A stretch of DNA of 64,000 nucleotides from assembly GCA_964599215.1 (NCBI GenBank), contig CAZRDV010000002.1, positions 36,119 through 100,118 on the forward strand. Reading direction: 5' to 3'. The first letter of the stretch is position 1. Each line of letters begins with the position of its first letter. This document shows positions 1-6,806 of the stretch, one piece after another. Below the pieces are notes generated by a model. That model searched no databases, was not told where the DNA came from, and saw only the letters and a list, made by a program, of their open reading frames with translations. The position numbers were made by a program, and so were the translations under genes. The stretch comes from an uncultured archaeon (GTDB lineage Archaea; Aenigmatarchaeota; Aenigmatarchaeia; GW2011-AR5).

Positions 1-1377
1 AAAAAAGCAAAAAAATTTGCAAAGGATGGCAGAGGCGTAGAGAATCCGAGCATAAAAAAAGATAAAATATCCTGCCCTGCAGATTGCGGCCTGTGCAAAG
101 AGCACAAGAGCCATACTGCACTGGCTAATATTGTATTAACGAACCGCTGCGATCTGAGCTGCTGGTACTGTTTCTTTTACGCAGGCAGGATGGGTTATGT
201 ATATGAGCCCACACGGGAGCAGATAAGGGAGATGATGAAGACTCTGAGAAACGAGAGGCCTGTTCCCTGCAACGCTATACAGCTTACAGGGGGTGAGCCC
301 TGCCTTAGGAGTGATCTAATCGATATAATAAAGATGGCAAAGGAGGAGGGCTTTGATCACGTGCAGCTGAATACAAACGGCATAAGGCTTTCAGAAAACC
401 AAGAGCTGTGCAAAAAAATAAGGGAAGCAGGAGTAAATACGTTATACCTGAGCTTTGATGGCATGACAGGAGAGACCAATCCAAAAAACCATTGGGAGGT
501 GCCTAAAATCTTTGACAACTGCAGGAAGGTTGGTCTAAGATCAGTTCTTGTTCCAACAATCATAAAGGGCAGAAATGATCATGAGCTTGGTGATATTGTA
601 AGGTTCGGTGCAAAGAATATAGATGTTGTAAGCGGTATCAACTTCCAGCCGGTCTCACTTGTGGGCAGGATAACAAATGCAGAACGGCAGAATATGCGAA
701 TAACCATACCTGATGTCATAAAAAAACTGGAGGAACAGACAGACGGCATGATGGGTGAGGAGGATTTCTACCCTGTTCCGACAGTTGCTCCTATAACAAG
801 ATTAATAGAGGCAATAACCAATAAGCCGAAGTATGAGCTCTCTTCGCATTTTGCCTGCGGCATGGCAACCTATCTTTTCATTGACAAGGACAGGTTTGTA
901 CCAATCACAAGATTTGTAGATGTCGAAGGCCTGTTGAACTACTTAGATGAAAAAGCAGTAGAAATAGAAAGCGGCAAGAACAGATACATAGCTTCGCTCA
1001 AGCTGCTGGCCAATATAGGCAAGTTCGTTGACAAGAGCAAGCAACCGAGCGGACTCAACATAGCCAAGTTGTTATACAGCATGATATCAGGCAGGGGCAA
1101 GTATGATTCCCTGCTTAAGATCCACTACAAATCCCTGTTCATAGGCATGATGCATTTCCAGGATCTCTACAATTATGATATTGAGCGTGTCAAGCGCTGC
1201 TGCATTCATTATGCAATGACAGACGGCAGGATAATCCCGTTCTGCGCCTTCAACGTAATCCCCCAGTGGTACAGGGATGAGAACCAGAAATCACAAGGCG
1301 TATCGATCCAGGAATGGGAAAAACAAACAGGAAGAAAACTAGAAGATGATTTCTACAGGCGCGCTAGAGAAGAGTAA
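1..1377 (+). CDS. Radical SAM enzyme, 5'-truncated by the window edge (MJ0619/Tes-like family, tentative)
   Basis: Frame 1 is open from nt 1. Nt 1-189 translate to ...ISCPADCGLCKEHKSHTALANIVLTNRCDLSCWYCFFYAGR, a Cys knuckle plus the CX3CX2C radical-SAM motif, and this lies upstream of the ATG at 190 used by the ORF track. The C-terminus reads ...RCCIHYAMTDGRIIPFCAFN. The family-level call is from memory only. Confidence 0.8.
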   Translation, partial: KKAKKFAKDGRGVENPSIKKDKISCPADCGLCKEHKSHTALANIVLTNRCDLSCWYCFFYAGRMGYVYEPTREQIREMMKTLRNERPVPCNAIQLTGGEPCLRSDLIDIIKMAKEEGFDHVQLNTNGIRLSENQELCKKIREAGVNTLYLSFDGMTGETNPKNHWEVPKIFDNCRKVGLRSVLVPTIIKGRNDHELGDIVRFGAKNIDVVSGINFQPVSLVGRITNAERQNMRITIPDVIKKLEEQTDGMMGEEDFYPVPTVAPITRLIEAITNKPKYELSSHFACGMATYLFIDKDRFVPITRFVDVEGLLNYLDEKAVEIESGKNRYIASLKLLANIGKFVDKSKQPSGLNIAKLLYSMISGRGKYDSLLKIHYKSLFIGMMHFQDLYNYDIERVKRCCIHYAMTDGRIIPFCAFNVIPQWYRDENQKSQGVSIQEWEKQTGRKLEDDFYRRAREE

Positions 1378-1624
1378 TATCGCCTGCTTCTACAGAAGCA
1401 ACACCTTCTATCTTAGAGATTGCCTCTTCTATGTCAGACGTGCCTTTGCTGTCTGGCATCATTAATAGTACCTCAAGCCGCTTCAAACCAAAGGCAACAG
1501 GCTTTTCTTCTATTCCTTTTATCTCAGCGTCTTTGATCAGAGAGCTTATTTCTGACTTTATTTTCTCTAGGTCAGCCTCAGGGGAATCAGGCATGACATT
1601 AAGAGTAACAGCGACAGTACCCAT
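1364..1624 (-). CDS. ef1b: Translation elongation factor aEF-1 beta
   Basis: MGTVAVTLNVMPDSPEADLEKIK...VEAGDITLL matches archaeal EF-1beta in length and pattern. The first ATG is at 1624; the track start at 1633 is GTG. Confidence 0.85.
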   Translation of the reverse strand: MGTVAVTLNVMPDSPEADLEKIKSEISSLIKDAEIKGIEEKPVAFGLKRLEVLLMMPDSKGTSDIEEAISKIEGVASVEAGDITLL

Positions 1625-1633
1625 AAAAACCAC

Positions 1634-1789
1634 TCACGGCCCCTCAAACCCGCAGCTGCATTTGTAGATATTGCTCTTTTTCCTGCAGTGATCGCACCTT
1701 ATTACCTCTACTTTAGAGCAGGCAGGGCAGAGAAATTTCGTGAAATTATCCTCTGATATAAGATTCTTATGACATGATGTACATTTCAT
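1634..1789 (-). CDS. Zn-ribbon protein (COG2888-like, translation-associated)
   Basis: Not in the ORF track (51 aa): MKCTSCHKNLISEDNFTKFLCPACSKVEVIRCDHCRKKSNIYKCSCGFEGP, with several CxxC pairs. Its TGA abuts the EF-1beta start region, an arrangement conserved in archaea. Confidence 0.75.
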   Translation of the reverse strand: MKCTSCHKNLISEDNFTKFLCPACSKVEVIRCDHCRKKSNIYKCSCGFEGP

Positions 1790-1893
1790 TTTAACGCCTC
1801 GTGTATCACTCTTATTATCAATTGCTTATACTTTTATATCTTTGCATTTTTCTATTGATAATGTATATCACGTGGTTATGAGGTATTGTTAGA

Positions 1894-3288
1894 ATGAAAA
1901 TAGTTCTCTGCACACCGCCAAGCACATCAACAGAGAGGTGGCCGCCTATAGGGCTGTTGTACATAGCGGCTTGTCTGAAGGCAGAGAACTATGACGCACG
2001 TGTGATAGATGCGTTCTCCTGCAACATGACTGAAGCTGAACTCGTGAGTGCAGTAAAAAAAGAAGCTCCTGATGTAGTAGGCATGAACTCCACTGCTCAT
2101 ACGTTCATAGACGCGATGTCTGCAACAAAAAAGATAAAAGAGGCACTTCCCAATGCAAAGATTGTTTTGGGCGGTTATCAGGCAACTTTCAATGCAGAGA
2201 AGATTCTCAGCAGCTACAAATTCGTTGACTATGTCATAAAGGGCGAGGGCGAGAGGTCTTTCTTGGAGCTTATAGAATGCCTGTCAAAGCGAAGCAAGAA
2301 GAGCAAGAAGAAAATAAAAGGCCTTGCTTATTTTGACAGGAAGTTTGTAAACAATGAGCCAGAGGTTATAAAAGAGCTTGATGCGCTGCCTTTTCCTGAT
2401 CGAGGGCTTGTAAGCAAGAACGAATACAGTCATCACTGGAATAATATAAGACTGACTTTCGGGAAGTTCACAACCATACTAACGTCTAGGGGCTGCCCTT
2501 ACAGATGCAGGTATTGCTCCTGTGCTGCTTTTACTAAGCTTTACAGAGAAAGAAGCGTTGAAAATGTTCTTGATGAATTCGAGGAGATATACTCCCAGGG
2601 TTACAAGACCTGTATAGTTGTTGATGATAACTTTACCATGAACGAGAAAAGAGTAATGAAGATATGTGAGGGCCTGAGAAAAAGGGGAGTAGACATGGAG
2701 CTTCACTGCGAGGGCAGGGTTAATTCCGCCTCACTGCAGTTAATGGAAAAAATGAAAAAAGCAGGCTTCTCAACAATATACTTCGGTATAGAAAGCGGGT
2801 CCCAGAAAGTTCTTGACTACTATAGAAAAGGAACTACTGTGGAGCAGATAAAAGATGCAGTAGAGAATGCAAAGAAGGCAAGAATGAACATAATAGGATC
2901 GTTTATACTGGGCGCTCCTGTTGAGAGTAAAGAAGAAATAATGCACACTCTTAGGTTTGCAAGCTCGCTAAGGCTGCACGGCGTTCAGCTTAACATACTT
3001 GACCTCTCGCCAGGCACAGAGCTCTGGCAGGAATTCGAGAAAAACGGACGTATCAGAAAAGATGATTGGAAAAGCAACCACAGGATATATGAATACTCTG
3101 ATAACCTTACAAAAGATTATCTCTATCAGGCAGTTAACAAAGGCTACAATATGTTCCTTGATAGCTGGAAGAGCAAGAGCGCACTAAAAGAGCTTTTCTT
3201 GAACATAGCCTCAAACAGTTCAACAAGAAAAATAATCGCATGGAACCTGTGGAAGAATCCAAAGAATGTTATTCGTACCATACGGTAA
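1894..3288 (+). CDS. B12-binding-domain radical SAM protein (class B)
   Basis: The N-terminus has a Rossmann-like B12-binding pattern (KIVLCTPP...VVGMNS...). The radical SAM motif is TSRGCPYRCRYCSC, followed by IYFGIESGSQ. Confidence 0.8.
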   Translation: MKIVLCTPPSTSTERWPPIGLLYIAACLKAENYDARVIDAFSCNMTEAELVSAVKKEAPDVVGMNSTAHTFIDAMSATKKIKEALPNAKIVLGGYQATFNAEKILSSYKFVDYVIKGEGERSFLELIECLSKRSKKSKKKIKGLAYFDRKFVNNEPEVIKELDALPFPDRGLVSKNEYSHHWNNIRLTFGKFTTILTSRGCPYRCRYCSCAAFTKLYRERSVENVLDEFEEIYSQGYKTCIVVDDNFTMNEKRVMKICEGLRKRGVDMELHCEGRVNSASLQLMEKMKKAGFSTIYFGIESGSQKVLDYYRKGTTVEQIKDAVENAKKARMNIIGSFILGAPVESKEEIMHTLRFASSLRLHGVQLNILDLSPGTELWQEFEKNGRIRKDDWKSNHRIYEYSDNLTKDYLYQAVNKGYNMFLDSWKSKSALKELFLNIASNSSTRKIIAWNLWKNPKNVIRTIR

Positions 3289-3289
3289 T

Positions 3290-3397
3290 GCCCCTATAGT
3301 CTAATGGATAGGACGAAAGGTTGCGGACGGCCCTTTTAGAAAAAGCGCCTTTCACGGTAAACACCTTTTAGTTCGGGTTCGATTCCCGATGGGGGCA
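3290..3397 (+). tRNA. tRNA-Arg(GCG) with a 36-nt intron (3327-3362) at position 37/38
   Basis: Acceptor GCCCCTA/TGGGGGC, T-arm TCGGG-TTCGATT-CCCGA, anticodon stem AAAGG/CCTTT, loop TTGCGG|intron|A. The central helix TTGC/GTAA and 3-nt bulges fit a relaxed BHB. The gene starts 2 nt after the preceding stop codon. Confidence 0.8.
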
Positions 3398-3421
3398 TAT
3401 AATTAGAAAAGCGGTTTCTGG

Positions 3422-3466
3422 AAGGTTTAAGAAGTTTTCTGTGATGGTATTGGGTAAGGTGTTGAT
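3422..3466 (+). promoter_or_regulatory. Promoter/5' leader module, copy 1 (shared with 53865-53910)
   Basis: AAGGTTTAAGAAGTTTTCTGTGATGGTATTGGGTAAGGTGTTGAT-ATG. It has a TATA-like TTTAAGAA and an SD-like AAGGTG, and is near-identical to the leader of an unrelated gene at 53.9 kb. Confidence 0.6.
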
Positions 3467-4018
3467 ATGGAAGAATCGTATGTATTGTTTGACCATAAAG
3501 AGGAGAAGTACGGGGCATTCTTACATATGCTTAATCCTAAATCTATTAGTTTCACATTTCAGGGCGATTTCTTTGCAGGTGGAGACCTATGGTCGATACC
3601 ATTAGATGAAGTTGAAACAGAATCCAAAAAACGGGGTTATCAGGTTCATGATACAAGAGTCACTATCCGTGACGATAATTTGTATCATACATATATAGAA
3701 TATGATAACGGTTATCTGGTCCGTGCTGAAACAAAAACCGACAAACTCGTGACTATAAATCCCCAGAAGGCATTCAACTTCTGGGTTTCTTTCTCAGAAG
3801 CATTGAGAAACCATGAACAGGTTCCTGAGCAAATGAGGAAAAACCTGGAAAGAATAGCTCATATAACATCACTGAAAGAATACTTTGAAGGGCTTAGAGA
3901 AAAACACGGAAGCTTGGACAAATACTTTGGCATGGATTATGTGCACAGGATTTTAAGACGCGGAGAAATCTATCATCCGGTCAGCCTTGATAACAATCCG
4001 AAGAAGAAAAAGAAATAA
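3467..4018 (+). CDS. Hypothetical protein (183 aa, poly-K C-terminus)
   Basis: Long ORF with an SD-like AAGGTG upstream. I recognise no family. It ends ...DNNPKKKKK. Confidence 0.6.
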   Translation: MEESYVLFDHKEEKYGAFLHMLNPKSISFTFQGDFFAGGDLWSIPLDEVETESKKRGYQVHDTRVTIRDDNLYHTYIEYDNGYLVRAETKTDKLVTINPQKAFNFWVSFSEALRNHEQVPEQMRKNLERIAHITSLKEYFEGLREKHGSLDKYFGMDYVHRILRRGEIYHPVSLDNNPKKKKK

Positions 4019-4038
4019 ATTTCAGGAGGTACAAGACC

Positions 4039-4335
4039 ATGTCCAATGCTGTTGAAGAAGTTAATGTACCAAAAGGGTGTGTTCCAGAATACAAAGTTCA
4101 TGACCCTGAGCTAGTACGACTTGCTCTAGAAGAAACTGGGTTTTTTTATGAAGATATAGTAATGCCTTCTGGCAGAAAAACCAATGACGCCTCAATTCGT
4201 GTAGAAGGTGAATCTCGTCCAGTTGCATCGTACTATGAATTTGGAGATCAGAAACGATTACAACTTGGGAATAGAGATAGACCAGGTTTTCCAGTTTATC
4301 ATGGTATAATGATAGATACAATTAAAGACCTATAG
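4039..4335 (+). CDS. Hypothetical protein (98 aa)
   Basis: ORF with the SD-like CAGGAGGT 8 nt upstream of the ATG. No family recognised. Confidence 0.55.
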   Translation: MSNAVEEVNVPKGCVPEYKVHDPELVRLALEETGFFYEDIVMPSGRKTNDASIRVEGESRPVASYYEFGDQKRLQLGNRDRPGFPVYHGIMIDTIKDL

Positions 4336-4368
4336 CTACTTTTTATATAATACCGGGGATAATCTATT

Positions 4369-4704
4369 ATGCTCGGGGTATTGCTGTCGTTGATCGTGGC
4401 TGTATGCTATGGCATATCTGCAGCAATGCAGAAGTATGCAATATCCAAAATGGAGAGTTTCTCCTTTAGGCGATTATTTAGAAACAAGAGATGGCTTGCA
4501 TCATTGCTTGTTGGCCTGGTAGGGACTTTGTCTTACTTACTTGCTGTAAAGATTGCTCCGCTTTCAACAGTGCAAGTTTTTCTGTCGCTTTCAATAATCA
4601 TACCGATACTTGTTGGTGCTTCTCTCTTAAAAGAGAGGCTGGAAGTTCGCGAATGGATATGCGTTTGCATGATTCTGGTGGGAATATGCTTAACCATAAT
4701 ATAA
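4369..4704 (+). CDS. Small 4-TM DMT/EamA-like membrane protein (half-transporter)
   Basis: 111 aa, four hydrophobic segments, EamA-like pattern (AVCYGISAAMQKYA...). Confidence 0.65.
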   Translation: MLGVLLSLIVAVCYGISAAMQKYAISKMESFSFRRLFRNKRWLASLLVGLVGTLSYLLAVKIAPLSTVQVFLSLSIIIPILVGASLLKERLEVREWICVCMILVGICLTII

Positions 4705-5015
4705 CAGCTGTAATTGCAGGGCTGCTGCTTGGGTTGGGTGCGTTTTTCCTAAAGCTGACTCTGTCAGGCGGTATTTCAACGAACATAATCTATTCGCCGT
4801 ATGCCTGGATTACAGCGCTGCTGGCTGTTGTTGGTTTTCTGCTGATGCAGAAGGCATTGCAAAACTATGTCTCTGTTGTCATACCAATGATAACAGGCGT
4901 TGTTATTTTGGTGTCCGTTTTTCTGGCTGCTGTTTTTCTAGCTGAGGATATATCAGAATTGAAATGGCTTGGCATAGCTCTGATACTGGTTGGTGTCTTT
5001 GGTCTATCTAGGTAA
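4686..5015 (+). CDS. Small 4-TM DMT/EamA-like membrane protein, partner of 4369-4704
   Basis: The internal ATG at 4686 gives MLNHNITAVIAGLLLGLGAFF...ILVGVFGLSR (109 aa, hydrophobic). The first 65 aa of track ORF 4491-5015 overlap the previous gene out of frame and are Cys-rich and non-membrane-like. Confidence 0.6.
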   Translation: MLNHNITAVIAGLLLGLGAFFLKLTLSGGISTNIIYSPYAWITALLAVVGFLLMQKALQNYVSVVIPMITGVVILVSVFLAAVFLAEDISELKWLGIALILVGVFGLSR

Positions 5016-5019
5016 GAAC

Positions 5020-5703
5020 ATGAATCCAGAATTCTCTTTTATTATTCCAACGCTCAATGAAGGAAAATATATAGAAAAATGCCTGCGCTCTATAAAACGT
5101 CAGAAAGAAAGCCATGAAATAATAGTTGTTGACAGCTACAGCAAGGACAATACAATCAAGATAGCAAGAAAGTACGGCAAAGTAGTCTTCGAGGGCAGGA
5201 AGGGGCCTGGTGTTGCCAGGAACACAGGCTCAAGAATAGCAAAAGGCAGAATACTTGTGTTCCCTGATGCTGACACCAGATTTGACAGTAACTTTCTTAC
5301 AGAGCTGAAGATGCAGTTTGATGATGCAGGCGGCGGGATATTCAACCTCACCTTCTTTGACCCAGGCAGTTTCAGCGACCTGTTTTTCTTCCGAGTATGG
5401 AACAGAATAATAAAGACACTGATAAGGTGCGGTCTTGTCATAACAAATGGCAGCTGCTTTGTTTTTGAGAAAAAAGTATTCAGGCAGGCTGGCCGCTTTA
5501 ATCCAAAGCTGCTTACAAACGAGGACCATGACCTAGCAATAAGGGTTTCGAGATATAAGAAATTCAGGTTCTTTGATATTCCTGTTTATACGTCAGTAAG
5601 AAGAATGAAGAGACTGGGTGTTTTGAAATTCCTAAAGCTGCACATAAAAGCAACAATGTTCTACTTCCTGTTTCACAGGTCCTTGGCAGAATACTGGCAG
5701 TGA
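5020..5703 (+). CDS. Glycosyltransferase family 2
   Basis: MNPEFSFIIPTLNEGKYIEKCL...VVDSYSKDNT...FPDADT is the GT2 (GT-A fold) signature. ATG at 5020; the track start at 4990 is TTG. Confidence 0.85.
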   Translation: MNPEFSFIIPTLNEGKYIEKCLRSIKRQKESHEIIVVDSYSKDNTIKIARKYGKVVFEGRKGPGVARNTGSRIAKGRILVFPDADTRFDSNFLTELKMQFDDAGGGIFNLTFFDPGSFSDLFFFRVWNRIIKTLIRCGLVITNGSCFVFEKKVFRQAGRFNPKLLTNEDHDLAIRVSRYKKFRFFDIPVYTSVRRMKRLGVLKFLKLHIKATMFYFLFHRSLAEYWQ

Positions 5704-5706
5704 ATC

Positions 5707-6756
5707 CTATCTTATACGTTTATATATATCCAGCAACTTGTCTGTGCATCTCTTTATGCTGTATTCGTTCAGTGCAATTTTTCTGAGTTTTTTCCTGCAA
5801 TTGAGCAGCTTCTTTACGCAGCTGGCAAAATTCTTTCTGCCGGCAACAAGGCCTATTTTGTTTTGCCGGACGAAATTGCCTGTTACTGGCGAATCCAAAA
5901 CAACAACCGGCAGTGAGAAGGCCATTGCCTCTGTCAATACAATGCCTTGCGTTTCACTGAGTGATGCCATTACAAATAAATCAGACCTTGCGTATACTTT
6001 TGCCAGCTCTTTTTTTGACAGATAGCCTGTAAAGGTTACGTTTTTTTCTATTTTCAGCTTCTTTGCAAGCTTCATTAACTCCTCTTTATACGGCCCGTCT
6101 GAGGTTATAACTAGTTTTGTATCGCCGTTTAGAATATTCTTCAGCGCCTTCATAATAAACTGGATGTTTTTTTCTTTGCACAGCCTGCCAACATGCAGGA
6201 TTGTTCTGCCTTTATGTTTCACTGGCCTTCCTTTGAGTGAAATGCCTGTAGGAATTACTTTTACCTGCCGTATGCCGTGTTTTATCAGCTCTTTTTTTGT
6301 CTCTTCAGACGGTGCAATAACACAGTCACACTTGTTGTAGAATAATGAGGTGTATTTCCAGAGCGCCTTTTTTGTTATTTTCTCTATGCCTCCTTTTACA
6401 AGGTAATGTGTGTACTCCGGCAGAAGCGTGTGGTATGTACCGACCAGCGGCAGTTTGTAGTGCCTGGCCAGCAGTGCACCGTACAGGCCAACAGTAGCTG
6501 GAGTATGCACATGAATAACATCGAATTTTTCTTTCAGACCTGCTACAGGAACCCCAATCCTGTACCCAGGGTATCTGCTGAAGGGGATGGATTTAAAGGT
6601 CTTGACAAATTTATCATGCCTAGCTCCTGGTGAAGAAGGCGAGAATATGTATACAGTATGCCCTCTTCTTCTGAGCTCTTTGGCAAAGCTTTTTATCGAT
6701 GTTACAACCCCGTTTACCTGTGGTTCGTACGTGTCAGTGAAAAATGCTATTTTCAT
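5707..6756 (-). CDS. Glycosyltransferase family 4 (GT-B)
   Basis: MKIAFFTDTYEPQVNGVVTS...HVHTP...; C-terminal SLSETQGIVLTEAMAFSLPVV motif. Confidence 0.85.
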   Translation of the reverse strand: MKIAFFTDTYEPQVNGVVTSIKSFAKELRRRGHTVYIFSPSSPGARHDKFVKTFKSIPFSRYPGYRIGVPVAGLKEKFDVIHVHTPATVGLYGALLARHYKLPLVGTYHTLLPEYTHYLVKGGIEKITKKALWKYTSLFYNKCDCVIAPSEETKKELIKHGIRQVKVIPTGISLKGRPVKHKGRTILHVGRLCKEKNIQFIMKALKNILNGDTKLVITSDGPYKEELMKLAKKLKIEKNVTFTGYLSKKELAKVYARSDLFVMASLSETQGIVLTEAMAFSLPVVVLDSPVTGNFVRQNKIGLVAGRKNFASCVKKLLNCRKKLRKIALNEYSIKRCTDKLLDIYKRIR

Positions 6757-6806
6757 TCTTATCCTTATTTAGAGATGAAGATAAAATCTTTTATTCTTTC
6801 GACTCT

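Noticed and set aside
357-563. Numerous 60-165 aa ORFs antisense to, or out of frame with, well-supported genes (for example 357-563, 2479-2706, 12870-13352, 13772-14269, 17806-18150, 21407-21730, 38123-38569, 42789-43208, 54823-55272).
   Set aside because: Each lies entirely inside a gene with strong family signatures on the other strand or frame. Their translations are low-complexity (S/L/F-rich) and they lack SD or TATA contexts.
4491-4685. The N-terminal 65 codons of track ORF 4491-5015.
   Set aside because: They overlap the preceding DMT gene out of frame and encode a Cys/Ser-rich non-membrane sequence. The hydrophobic DMT-like protein begins at the internal ATG at 4686.
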